A DNA stretch of 64,000 nucleotides, from contig JBNJDP010000002.1 in assembly GCA_051744985.1 (NCBI GenBank), positions 597-64,596 on the forward strand. The letters run 5' to 3'. Within the stretch, counting starts at the first letter, position 1, and every line of letters starts with the position of its first letter. Of the stretch, positions 27,750 through 37,170 are shown piece after piece. The notes below the pieces were generated by a model. It ran no database searches, had not been told where the DNA came from, and worked only from the letters and a program-made list of their open reading frames with translations. The position numbers and the translations under genes were made by a program. Source of the stretch: Chlamydiota bacterium (GTDB lineage Bacteria; Chlamydiota; Chlamydiia; Chlamydiales; JABHNK01).

Positions 27750-29693
27750 ATGGCTGAAAAAGCAACTATTATTACAGGAACTATTAGCGTTCACCCTAGA
27801 GGTTTTGGATTTGTAGAGCCCGCTTCTACTGACATTTACTCCCAAGATATTTTTATTCCCAAAACCAGAATTAACACCGCTGTTGAAGGCGATACCGTCA
27901 AGGTTGCCGTCAACCCCAAAATCCCTGAAAAAGGTCCTGAAGGAAAGGTGTTGACCGTTCTTAATAGGGCTCGAAAAACTATTGCAGGTCCTATCAGCGA
28001 AACTAATAGCGATGGAAGTGCCTGGCTATACTCTCCACTTTTAGGCTCCGACCGCTTAGTATACATTAAACCTTCCGAACATCGCTTTCACCATGGAGAC
28101 CGCATTGTTGCGGAAGTTCAAGACTGGGGTGATAGAGACACTTCCCCTACAGCTGAATTCAGTAAAGACCTAGGTAACATAGACGACCCTTCCTGTGACG
28201 TTAACGCAAGTATTGCTGCATACGACTTACGCGCTGAATTCCCCGAAGAAGTCCTTAAGGAAGTGGAAAAATTAGCTACTAGAGTGGCAAAAACCGCTAA
28301 ACGCGAAGATTTTCGGAATACTACCTGTATAACTATCGACCCCACAACTGCCAAAGATTTCGACGATGCTCTTTCTTTAACCAGAGATGATAAAGGAAAT
28401 TATCATCTAGGGGTGCATATCGCTGATGTTGCTCATTATGTTAAGGAGGGCTCTGCTTTAGACCAGGAAGCTTCTAGACGATGTAATTCGACATATTTTC
28501 CGGGCTTTTGCCTTCCGATGCTTCCCGGTAAACTATCCGAAGGGCTATGCAGCTTAAAGCCCAAAGTTAACCGGTATACGGCTTCGGTTTTAATGACTTT
28601 TAATACTCAAGGCGACCTTGTCGATTACCGTATTTGCCGCTCCATTATCAAAAGCGCCAAACGCTTCACCTACCGCGATGCCAAGCGAGTCCTAGATGGA
28701 AAAGCTTCTAGCCCTCACAGCCATCTCCTCCAACAGTTAGTGGAACTCTGCCACCTACTCAAGCACAAGCGCAGCGAACGAGGCTGTTTAGAGTTTTGCC
28801 TACCTGAAGCTAGGATAATCGTCGACGACGAAGGTGTACCACAGAAGATGGAACAGATCCAGTATGATATTACACACCAGTTGGTAGAAGAGTTTATGCT
28901 TAAAGCCAATGAAGTTATCGCCACTCACCTCAGTAAACAGGGTAAAGATCTAGCATACCGCATCCACGAACGCCCCCAAGAGCAACATACGTCTGACTTC
29001 TGTCAATTAGCGCGTAATTATGGCTATAACCTACCCCCTTCACCTACCCCCCAGGATCTACAAAACTTTTTTGATGAAATCGGTGACACCACTAATGGCC
29101 GTCAGCTATCCCTTTTCTTTATCAAAGGATTGCCTATGGCATACTACGCTGCTGACAACATCGGCCACTATGGTTTAGAGCTAGAATATTATTGTCATTT
29201 CACCAGCCCTATCCGACGCTATGTTGATCTTACCATCCAAAGAATTCTATTTTCTGAAAGCGCATTAAACAAAGAAGAACTCGATAAGATTGCTCAAAAA
29301 TCTTCTACTCAAGAAAGGTTAAGCGCCAAAGCTGAATATAGTACAATATTGCTAAAAAAATTACGCTATATTAAACAACTTCCCCATAAGCAGCAATACC
29401 AAGCCATCATCACTAAGGCGGGGAATATGGGTATTGTTTTCGAGATCCAAGAAATAATGTTAGAAGGCTTCATACCAATCTTCAAGCTGAGCGATGACTA
29501 TTATGTTTACAATGAATCCTCCCAGAAACTTCAGGGCACCTATAGCCAGCAATCCTATTCTTTGGGCGATCGCATTACCGTTATGTTAGGTTATGTTGAC
29601 TTAATAGCTTTAGAAGCTCGCTGGCATCTCATAGGCGAAGATTCTAAACCTAAAAAACGCCGTCGAAAAGGTCGCAAAAAACGAAAAAAATGA
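27750..29693 (+). CDS. rnr: Ribonuclease R (RNB-family 3'-5' exoribonuclease) with Lys/Arg-rich tail
   Basis: Cold-shock-like N-terminus (GFGFV), RNB core motifs (IDP..AKDFDDALS, YFPGFCLPMLP, HYGL..YCHFTSPIRRY), and an S1-like C-terminus ending KKRRRKGRKKRKK. Confidence 0.9.
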   Translation: MAEKATIITGTISVHPRGFGFVEPASTDIYSQDIFIPKTRINTAVEGDTVKVAVNPKIPEKGPEGKVLTVLNRARKTIAGPISETNSDGSAWLYSPLLGSDRLVYIKPSEHRFHHGDRIVAEVQDWGDRDTSPTAEFSKDLGNIDDPSCDVNASIAAYDLRAEFPEEVLKEVEKLATRVAKTAKREDFRNTTCITIDPTTAKDFDDALSLTRDDKGNYHLGVHIADVAHYVKEGSALDQEASRRCNSTYFPGFCLPMLPGKLSEGLCSLKPKVNRYTASVLMTFNTQGDLVDYRICRSIIKSAKRFTYRDAKRVLDGKASSPHSHLLQQLVELCHLLKHKRSERGCLEFCLPEARIIVDDEGVPQKMEQIQYDITHQLVEEFMLKANEVIATHLSKQGKDLAYRIHERPQEQHTSDFCQLARNYGYNLPPSPTPQDLQNFFDEIGDTTNGRQLSLFFIKGLPMAYYAADNIGHYGLELEYYCHFTSPIRRYVDLTIQRILFSESALNKEELDKIAQKSSTQERLSAKAEYSTILLKKLRYIKQLPHKQQYQAIITKAGNMGIVFEIQEIMLEGFIPIFKLSDDYYVYNESSQKLQGTYSQQSYSLGDRITVMLGYVDLIALEARWHLIGEDSKPKKRRRKGRKKRKK

Positions 29694-30295
29694 CCCCTAC
29701 TATCCTCCCCCTTAGCTTTTATCAACGCAGCGATGTCGTCGCTATCAGTAAAGAGCTGCTAGGCAAGACTTTACTGACAGAAATCAATGGCCAGCTTACA
29801 GGAGGAACTATCGTAGAAACCGAAGCTTATGCAGGTCCTGAGGATAAAGCTTGCCATGCCTACGGCAATCGTCGCACCAAACGTACGGAACCTATGTTTC
29901 AGGCTGGCGGCACCTGTTATATTTATACCTGTTATGGTATCCACCTTCTTCTCAATATAGTTACCTATATCGAAGGCATCCCTCATGCCGTTCTTATTAG
30001 AGCGCTAGAACCTACTTTCGGGGTTGAAATGATGCTAAAAAGAAGAAATAAACCCAAATTAGATAGAACATTAACGGGAGGTCCCGGAGCACTTTCCCAA
30101 GCTCTTGGTATTACTAAAGATCTTTCTGGTCAACCTCTGGGCACTACGATCCGAATTAAAGACCACGGCACAGCCATTGCGTCTGATAATGTTATGTCCT
30201 CGCCTCGAGTGGGCATTGCTTATGCCGAAGAAGACGCCTTGCTTCCCTGGCGTTTTCGTATCAAAGACAACCCTTGGACTAGTCCAGCAAAATAG
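29690..30295 (+). CDS. DNA-3-methyladenine glycosylase (Mpg/AAG family)
   Basis: FY.R....VA..LLGK.L, IVETEAY, D.A.H and RT.R...MF..G..YIY..YG are characteristic of the Mpg family. Confidence 0.85.
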   Translation: MTPTILPLSFYQRSDVVAISKELLGKTLLTEINGQLTGGTIVETEAYAGPEDKACHAYGNRRTKRTEPMFQAGGTCYIYTCYGIHLLLNIVTYIEGIPHAVLIRALEPTFGVEMMLKRRNKPKLDRTLTGGPGALSQALGITKDLSGQPLGTTIRIKDHGTAIASDNVMSSPRVGIAYAEEDALLPWRFRIKDNPWTSPAK

Positions 30296-30307
30296 AGAGC
30301 ATTCATT

Positions 30308-31009
30308 ATGAAAAGACATTTTATTACCGGCTTAGCCATTATCACACCTCTCTTTGTCACAATTGCGGTGGTTGTATTTATAGTAAACTTATTGACTGAC
30401 CCCTTTGCAGGAGCAGTCCAGGGATTTCTGCAAGGCAAAGGGCTTCAAAATGCTCGTTTTCTTTTTTTTAGTGGGAATCAATTGGTTAAGTATGGCAGCC
30501 AAGCTATTATCCTCATCATGTTATTTCTCTGCACAGCTCTTCTAGGGCTAGTAGCGCGATGGTTTTTCTTTAAGTCGATCATCAGTTTGGGGGATAAAAT
30601 TATTCACCGCATCCCTGTCATCAACAAGCTCTATAAAACCTCTCAGGATATTGTAACCACTGTCTTTGACTCGCGCGAGAAATCTTTTAACACAGTAGTA
30701 ATGGTACCCTTTCCCAACACTAAAACATATTGTTTAGGTTTTGTTGCGCGCAATGCTCCGGAAAGCTTCAACGCTTCGGTAAACCACACCTTAGTTTCGG
30801 TTTTTGTTCCAACCACTCCCAACCCTACCTCGGGGTATCTCCTAATGTATAAGGAAGAAGAGCTAGTTTATCTAGATATGAAACCCGAAGAGGCTATCAA
30901 ATTCATCATATCCTGCGGAGTCATCCATCCGGAAACAGTACACCATTTAGAAAAGACGCCCAAATCACGCCTCAAAGCACGGTTTAATTTCTCTAAAAAC
31001 AGAGATTAG
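30308..31009 (+). CDS. DUF502-family membrane protein
   Basis: N-terminal TM pair plus the conserved VFVPTTPNPTSGYLLMY segment typical of DUF502. Confidence 0.65.
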   Translation: MKRHFITGLAIITPLFVTIAVVVFIVNLLTDPFAGAVQGFLQGKGLQNARFLFFSGNQLVKYGSQAIILIMLFLCTALLGLVARWFFFKSIISLGDKIIHRIPVINKLYKTSQDIVTTVFDSREKSFNTVVMVPFPNTKTYCLGFVARNAPESFNASVNHTLVSVFVPTTPNPTSGYLLMYKEEELVYLDMKPEEAIKFIISCGVIHPETVHHLEKTPKSRLKARFNFSKNRD

Positions 31010-31158
31010 TTTTTTCAGATTCTTAAGGGTTTGCTTTTTATTAGTATTTCCTATATATTAGCAACTCAGTTTGATAACCACTGGTGGTTGAAGGATAAGA
31101 TCTTCAATCATCGAGCAGAAAAACTGTCTCAACCCTAGGGATAAAGAAGGATAAGATT

Positions 31159-31332
31159 ATGACCAGAGTAGGAAAACAAGAAGAACGACGTCACCGTTCT
31201 CCCCGCAAAAGGAAGGCCCCTTCGATGAAGACCGGCCCTAAAAAAGACAACCTTCCTAAAGGCTTTAAGGAAAGGGAAAATTCATTAGAAGGCGATATCG
31301 CCAAGAATATTTTTATTTCAAAATTTAAATAA
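31159..31332 (+). CDS. Small basic hypothetical protein (57 aa), not in ORF track
   Basis: Hand translation gives MTRVGKQEERRHRSPRKRKAPSMKTGPKKDNLPKGFKERENSLEGDIAKNIFISKFK. An aagga RBS-like element lies upstream. Coding status is uncertain. Confidence 0.35.
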   Translation: MTRVGKQEERRHRSPRKRKAPSMKTGPKKDNLPKGFKERENSLEGDIAKNIFISKFK

Positions 31333-31343
31333 GGTGCTCAAAA

Positions 31344-31502
31344 ATGTCCAGACATCCAAGTTATGGTAGCGGCGACAAAGGCGGAAAAAAGCGCAATGTT
31401 CTTAAGCGTTATGAAAGAGTCGACGTCCTTAAGAAGCTAGGCCGCTGGCAAGAAGGTGAAAACAAGCAGGTTACTGGCCTGCCGAAAACGCCTGTAAAAT
31501 AA
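31344..31502 (+). CDS. PVC-type 'small basic protein' (52 aa), not in ORF track
   Basis: Hand translation gives MSRHPSYGSGDKGGKKRNVLKRYERVDVLKKLGRWQEGENKQVTGLPKTPVK. The pattern S.H.S...KRNVLKR.ER...LKK.G.W..G....GLPKT matches the small basic protein family of Chlamydiae/Verrucomicrobia/Planctomycetes as I recall it. Confidence 0.6.
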   Translation: MSRHPSYGSGDKGGKKRNVLKRYERVDVLKKLGRWQEGENKQVTGLPKTPVK

Positions 31503-31508
31503 TTCTTT

Positions 31509-31528
31509 CCCCGAGTTCTAGCTCGGGG
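31509..31528 (+). terminator. Hairpin after the small basic protein gene
   Basis: ccccgag (31509-31515) pairs with ctcgggg (31522-31528). Only a weak T-tract follows. Confidence 0.4.
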
Positions 31529-31589
31529 CTTGTATCAATATAATTTTGACGCTATAATGGCCTTGTAGCAAACACACCACAAGGTTCTT

Positions 31590-32039
31590 ATGGATATCTA
31601 CGTCGAAAACATCCAAAATAATTATTCCCTCAACACTCACGAAGTAGCTCCTTTAGTTAACAATGTTATCGAATTAGAAGGGCAAAAGTGCGATGAAGTG
31701 GGTATATATTTTGTCGATAGTGCTGAAATAAGCCGCTTACATGATCAATATTTTGACGATCCTTCAACTACTGATTGTATTTCTTTCCCTATAGACCCTC
31801 CTGGCGAGGACCCTAGGTTTTTAGGAGAAGTTTTTGTATGCCCTCAAACTGCCCAAGACTATATTGACGTCCATGGCGGGAATCTCTATGAAGAAATTTC
31901 ACTTTACTTGGTTCATGGTCTTTTGCATCTTTTAGGTTACGATGACTTAACTCCCGAAGACCTTCAAGAGATGCGAGAAGCTGAAAGAAAACATATTGAT
32001 AACCTTAAAGCCAAGAACTTATTGCTTACAGGGAGATGA
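31590..32039 (+). CDS. ybeY: rRNA maturation endoribonuclease YbeY
   Basis: LVHGLLHLLGYDD zinc-binding motif; 149 aa. Confidence 0.9.
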   Translation: MDIYVENIQNNYSLNTHEVAPLVNNVIELEGQKCDEVGIYFVDSAEISRLHDQYFDDPSTTDCISFPIDPPGEDPRFLGEVFVCPQTAQDYIDVHGGNLYEEISLYLVHGLLHLLGYDDLTPEDLQEMREAERKHIDNLKAKNLLLTGR

Positions 32040-33415
32040 TCGATATCATGCTTACTGTTTTTATTTTAACTTTTTTCTTTTTCCTTGGCGCTATTTCAAT
32101 GACTGCTCTTAGCACTGCTTTTCGCAGCTTGCGACGCCATCGTTCGCGCTCAGCTCTCACCAAAATCTGCGGCAAAATTTTTTATCTCCATTTGCAGAAG
32201 CTTCTTTTTGCTAAGAATGATTTCGAGGCTTTATTTTTTGCTGCAATATGGACAAAAAATATTATGCGTTTCTGCTATGCCGGGAGTCTGATAATATTGT
32301 GTTCTCAGCTAGGGATGCTAGAGCTCCCCTCATGGCCTACAGGGTTAGTGGTTTTATTGGGAGAGCAACAGTGGCTTTGGATAGCCATAGTGGTTATTAT
32401 TCTGATCACTTTTTCATTGTTATTGGTAGATTTTTTGCCGAGGGTATGGGCTACTCGCCATCCAATGACGACCCTCCATTATAATTCTCGTTTTGCTTCG
32501 ATATATTTAATTCTATGCTTTCCTATCACCTGTATTTTTTTAATGCTTTTCAAAAAATTCCCTATTTTTGTTTTTGCTGAAAAACTTAAAGCGCCTGCTT
32601 CACGGATCAAAGATAAAATCATCGAGCTCATTCAAGAGGCTGAGCAAACAGAGGCTTTAGCTCCCGAGGAGAAAAAGCTTATCCAATCCGTCATCACATT
32701 CCGCGACAGGATCGTACGTGATATTATGATTCCCAGAGTAAGGATTTTCAGCTTACCAGCTGATACTGCTATCAAAGAAGCTGCTAGGCTTATCGATGCA
32801 GAAGGGTTTAGTAGAATCCCTGTTTACCGCGGCAATATCGACAATATCGTGGGGGTCTTGATGTACAAAGATATCCTAGAGGCTTACACGGAGTGCGAAT
32901 CCCACAACCAAGACTTCGCAAAGCTTGATATGCCTATAGAGAGCCTTGTAAAGAAGGTCCTCTATACCCCTGAGACGAAGAAAGTTTCCCGCCTGTTAAC
33001 GGAATTCCGTAACAAGCAAGTACATTTTGCCGTAGTAGTTGACGAATACGGAGGGACAGAAGGCATCGTCACTATTGAGGATATTTTAGAAGAGATTGTA
33101 GGAGAAATTGCTGATGAATATGATGAGCTCGAGGAAACTTTATTCGTCAAGCAAAGTGATAAAGGGTGGCTCGTCGATGCCAATATGAGCATCATCGATA
33201 TTGAAGAAAAGCTGGGCATTACTATCCCTCAAGACGGTGATTACGATACTCTGGGGGGGTATATATTCTATCGGGCAGGAGCGATACCTCCCAAAGATTT
33301 TATCATCTACCATGACGATTTTGATTTAGAAATCACAGACTCCAACGAGCGCTGTGTTAAAAAGGTGCGCATCACCCCCTCCAAGCGCCTCAAAGAATAT
33401 TCTGGCCACTTATGA
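32036..33415 (+). CDS. CNNM/TlyC-family protein (DUF21 membrane domain, CBS pair, CorC_HlyC)
   Basis: N-terminal TM domain, CBS-pair region (RDIMIPRV....IPVY) and the C-terminal transporter-associated domain. Confidence 0.8.
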   Translation: MIDIMLTVFILTFFFFLGAISMTALSTAFRSLRRHRSRSALTKICGKIFYLHLQKLLFAKNDFEALFFAAIWTKNIMRFCYAGSLIILCSQLGMLELPSWPTGLVVLLGEQQWLWIAIVVIILITFSLLLVDFLPRVWATRHPMTTLHYNSRFASIYLILCFPITCIFLMLFKKFPIFVFAEKLKAPASRIKDKIIELIQEAEQTEALAPEEKKLIQSVITFRDRIVRDIMIPRVRIFSLPADTAIKEAARLIDAEGFSRIPVYRGNIDNIVGVLMYKDILEAYTECESHNQDFAKLDMPIESLVKKVLYTPETKKVSRLLTEFRNKQVHFAVVVDEYGGTEGIVTIEDILEEIVGEIADEYDELEETLFVKQSDKGWLVDANMSIIDIEEKLGITIPQDGDYDTLGGYIFYRAGAIPPKDFIIYHDDFDLEITDSNERCVKKVRITPSKRLKEYSGHL

Positions 33416-34266
33416 GAATACTTGCATTAGGATTATTATTGTTGGGATGGATTGTTATTGGAGATGACGTTGCCCAATGTTCGTCTCTCGATGATATCGA
33501 CAATTGGTTTATTGTCTTAAATGACCAAGGTTCTTCCCCTCTCTCCCCAGAAAAATTCAACAACTATGATATGTGTATCTTAGACCCCGATAGCCATCCT
33601 TCCTATCCTCTCGAAAACTATGAAGGAATAGCAATAGCATATCTTAGTATTGGCAAAGCTGAAGCTAATCGAAGTTACTGGACCAACATTAAAAATGCTT
33701 CCTGGGTTAAAGTTGAGAAAGGCTCGGCTTTCCTTATCGATCTCGACCACCCTCAATGGCAACAAATTTTACTCGAGGATGTTATTCCCGATATCCTTTC
33801 TCAAAATTTTCAAGGCCTTCTCTTGAGTAACCTCGATGCTCCAGAGCAACTTATAGAAAGTTTTCCTGGGCAGTACCCTGAAGGTCACCAAGAAATTCGA
33901 TCATTAATAACTAAAATCCGATCTCATTATCCCCAGCTGCTGCTTATCAGCCATAATGGCTATGACCTCCTTGATGAGCTAGCTCCCAGCCTCGACGGGG
34001 TTTTGGCGGAAGAGGTCCACTCTATGCCCTACTTCGACGACTATTCCTATATAGCTACCCCTCAGGATGTACGTAACTATCGCGTCAACGTCCTTAAAAA
34101 TATCCACGAGCAATACAACCTGCCGATTTTCATTCTGGACTATGCTTCCCACGCTGCACCTCAGGTTATCAGAGAAATTCGAGCTATCTCTTTAGAGGAA
34201 GGCTTCAAACCTTATGTTGCCGAAAAGGGGTTAGCCAAAATTTATGACAACCACCCTAAAAACTAG
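33412..34266 (+). CDS. Secreted TIM-barrel protein, GH114/TM1410-like (putative glycoside hydrolase)
   Basis: Signal peptide. IAYLSIGKAEANRSYW and the following W..L..D pattern resemble the GH114 / endo-alpha-1,4-polygalactosaminidase-like family. Similarity is moderate. Confidence 0.45.
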   Translation: MRILALGLLLLGWIVIGDDVAQCSSLDDIDNWFIVLNDQGSSPLSPEKFNNYDMCILDPDSHPSYPLENYEGIAIAYLSIGKAEANRSYWTNIKNASWVKVEKGSAFLIDLDHPQWQQILLEDVIPDILSQNFQGLLLSNLDAPEQLIESFPGQYPEGHQEIRSLITKIRSHYPQLLLISHNGYDLLDELAPSLDGVLAEEVHSMPYFDDYSYIATPQDVRNYRVNVLKNIHEQYNLPIFILDYASHAAPQVIREIRAISLEEGFKPYVAEKGLAKIYDNHPKN

Positions 34267-34383
34267 TAGGATCCATCCATTAGGCTGTCATGAATTTTAC
34301 TAAATTTAGCTGTTGAAGTTTAGTATATCCAATGATATTCTTAGTACCTTTAGAACTAATAATTATTAGAAGGGCTAAATTAT

Positions 34384-36270
34384 ATGCGTCGTACTATTTG
34401 CTATTGTGAACCTAATGTAGCCGTTGCCGGTGAAATTGCTACCAGAAAATTTATTTACTCTGCCGGAACCGCCCTTCCTAAAGGCACTAAGCTTAAGTTT
34501 GATATTTTAAGCTCGGGCCGCGAAGCAGATTGGGAAGTACCTAGCGCCAACCTCAAAAAAAAGCGCAATGTTATCTATGCTTTACATCAGGATAAAGTAT
34601 TATCAGCCAAAGAGGTAGAAGTCCCCGACAGCATCGTTCCTCAATTTGAGTTTACTCTTCCCAGCGAGCTTAAGGCTGGCCAAGATTTTACAATTATTAT
34701 AGGCAGTCCAGAACAAGATCAACAACCTGACGCCTCTCAAGAAATAGGCAATGGGGCTCAAAACCACAGCCAGCGCCGACGCCCTTTCCATCTTTATATC
34801 GACCCTACAGGTAAAGGACATTACGGAGAACCTGAAATCATCACTATCGACGTAAAAGGCAGCGAGCTATCCTCTATAAGAATTCTAGCTCCTTCTTTTG
34901 TCTCTAAAAACAAACGTTTCGATGTAGTCGTGCGCTTTGAAGACGAGTACGGCAACCTTACCCACAACACCCCTGAAGACACTTTGATAGAACTTACCTA
35001 TGAGCATCTCAGAGAAAACCTCAACTGGAAGCTTTTCGTCCCAGAAACAGGCTTTATCAACCTGCCAAACTTATATTTCAATGAAGAAGGTATCTATCGA
35101 ATCCAGCTTCGCAACGTCAATACCGGTGATGTTTTCTATTCTTGGCCTATCAAGTGTTTTCTCGATAACGATCACCACCTATTTTGGGGCACGCTCCATG
35201 GCGAATCTGAACGCTATGACTCCGATGAAAATGTAGAATCCTGCTTACGATATTTTCGTGATGATCAGTCGTTAAACTTCTATGCCACTTCAAACTTCGA
35301 ATCGGCTGAAGAGACCCCCAATGATATTTGGAAGTCAATATCTCAAAATGTTGTAGACTTCAATGAAGATGAGCGCTTCACCTCCCTGTTGGGAATGCAA
35401 TGGTCTGGAGAAGCCGGCAAAGAAGGTGTACGACAAATCATTTACTCCGGAGACAACAAGCCCCTTTTACGCAAGAAAGAAACTAAATTCAATTCCTTGC
35501 GCAAAATTTATAAGCAGTTTGCCCCTAACGAAATTCTTTCTATACCTTCTTTTACGATGGCTCAAGGTTACCACTATGACTTCGAGCATTATAACCCTGA
35601 TTTCGAGCGCGTAGCAGAAATTTACAACAGCTGGGGATCCTCAGAATGCCCTGTCGAGGAAGAAAATACTGTGCCCATCACATCAGAAAATGGTCAAGGT
35701 ATCTCAGAAACCTCTGAAGGTGCTATCCAAACAGCTCTTCAAAATAACTGCAGGCTAGGCTTTGTAGCTGGCGGCCTCGATGATCGAGGCATTTACTCCG
35801 ATTGCTATGACAATGGCCAAGAACAGTACCCTGCAGGTTTAACAGCTGTTATGGCTCCTGAGCAGTCGCGAGCTGCCATTTTTAAAGCCCTCCAAGACCG
35901 GTCATGCTATGCTACTACTGGGGAGAGGATCTTAATCGGTTTCAATATCGTAGGACAAGAAATGGGCAGCGAAATCAGCACTAAAGATAAGCCTGGCCTA
36001 AAAATCAACCGCCACATTTCAGGCTTTGCCGCCTGCACCGATAAGCTTCTACTGGTAGAAATCATCCGCAACGGTAAAGTTATCAAAATTTTTGAGCCCG
36101 AAAACACTAGCTCTTTTGACTTCACCTTCGATGATATGACTGAACTATCAACAGTTACCCTCGACGGTGGTAAAGGACGCTCACCTTTTGCTTACTATTA
36201 TATCCGTATTATGCAAGAAGATGGTCATATGGCCTGGAGCTCTCCAATTTGGATCGATTTAGAAAGCTAA
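34384..36270 (+). CDS. DUF3604-like protein
   Basis: LFWGTLHGESERYDSDEN resembles WGDLH.H...S.D, and the C-terminal AWSSPIWI resembles the conserved AW.SPIW ending of DUF3604. The HxH metal motif appears degenerate (HGE). Confidence 0.45.
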   Translation: MRRTICYCEPNVAVAGEIATRKFIYSAGTALPKGTKLKFDILSSGREADWEVPSANLKKKRNVIYALHQDKVLSAKEVEVPDSIVPQFEFTLPSELKAGQDFTIIIGSPEQDQQPDASQEIGNGAQNHSQRRRPFHLYIDPTGKGHYGEPEIITIDVKGSELSSIRILAPSFVSKNKRFDVVVRFEDEYGNLTHNTPEDTLIELTYEHLRENLNWKLFVPETGFINLPNLYFNEEGIYRIQLRNVNTGDVFYSWPIKCFLDNDHHLFWGTLHGESERYDSDENVESCLRYFRDDQSLNFYATSNFESAEETPNDIWKSISQNVVDFNEDERFTSLLGMQWSGEAGKEGVRQIIYSGDNKPLLRKKETKFNSLRKIYKQFAPNEILSIPSFTMAQGYHYDFEHYNPDFERVAEIYNSWGSSECPVEEENTVPITSENGQGISETSEGAIQTALQNNCRLGFVAGGLDDRGIYSDCYDNGQEQYPAGLTAVMAPEQSRAAIFKALQDRSCYATTGERILIGFNIVGQEMGSEISTKDKPGLKINRHISGFAACTDKLLLVEIIRNGKVIKIFEPENTSSFDFTFDDMTELSTVTLDGGKGRSPFAYYYIRIMQEDGHMAWSSPIWIDLES

Positions 36271-36350
36271 GCTGCTTCTCACCTTCTTTTTAGCACCGCT
36301 CATTGAGCTTATATTGCTAGCGGCCAGGCGCTAAAAAGCACCTTTTATTA

Positions 36351-36380
36351 CCCCGAGTTTTTAACATAACTCGGGGTTTT
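36351..36380 (+). terminator. Rho-independent terminator
   Basis: ccccgagt (36351-36358) pairs with actcgggg (36369-36376), followed by tttt. Confidence 0.7.
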
Positions 36381-36420
36381 AGTTTGAAAATAAAGATCAA
36401 ATAAAATATAATAGAGACCC

Positions 36421-37170
36421 ATGGATACTTCGAATAGCAAAATAGTAGGTATTATCCCAGCGCGTTATGGGAGCACCCGTTTTCCGGGTAAAATGCTAGC
36501 CGACCTCAAAGGTCAGCCACTAATTCAAAGAACTTATTGTAACGCTCTAAAATGCTCCATACTCGACAAGTTATACGTTGCTACTGACGATAAAAGAATC
36601 TACGACCATGTGCAAAGCTTTGGAGGGTCAGCGATAATGACATCTTCAGAGTGCCCCAGCGGCAGCGATAGGATCCTAGAGGCGCTGCAAAGCACCGCTG
36701 AATTAAGTGATGCTGATATTGTTCTTAACATTCAAGGTGACGAACCTTGTGTTGCCCCTGAAGTTATCACATCTATTGCAGAGCTGTTGATATCAGATTC
36801 CCAAGCTATGATGACCACCCCTGTTACCCCGATACTTAGTGACGAAGAATTCTATAATCCTTCGGTAGTGAAATGCGTGATGGATAACGACTATAATGCA
36901 CTTTTATTTAGCCGAGCCCCCATCCCTTATTTGCGCGACCCTAATACAGCCTTACCTACTGCTTACCGCCATTTAGGACTTTACGCTTTCCGCCATAAAT
37001 TTTTGGTAAAATATAGCAAGCTGTCGCATACCCCTCTCCAGGTTGCAGAAAACTTGGAACAGTTAAAAGTTTTGGAACACGGCTACCGTATAAAGGTAGC
37101 TATAGTTAATGACCGAGGCATCGGTGTCGATGTCCCTGAAGATATAAAAAAGGTTGAGAAATTATTATGA
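36421..37170 (+). CDS. kdsB: 3-deoxy-manno-octulosonate cytidylyltransferase (CMP-KDO synthetase)
   Basis: IIPARYGSTRFPGK.L..L.G.PLIQ, QGDEP, 249 aa. Confidence 0.9.
   Translation: MDTSNSKIVGIIPARYGSTRFPGKMLADLKGQPLIQRTYCNALKCSILDKLYVATDDKRIYDHVQSFGGSAIMTSSECPSGSDRILEALQSTAELSDADIVLNIQGDEPCVAPEVITSIAELLISDSQAMMTTPVTPILSDEEFYNPSVVKCVMDNDYNALLFSRAPIPYLRDPNTALPTAYRHLGLYAFRHKFLVKYSKLSHTPLQVAENLEQLKVLEHGYRIKVAIVNDRGIGVDVPEDIKKVEKLL

Noticed and set aside
31079-31088. 10-mer actggtggtt shared by two intergenic regions (31079-31088 and 44083-44092); the first sits in the palindrome aaccac-tg-gtggtt
   Set aside because: There are only two copies with no shared flanks or common gene context. That is insufficient to call a regulatory site.
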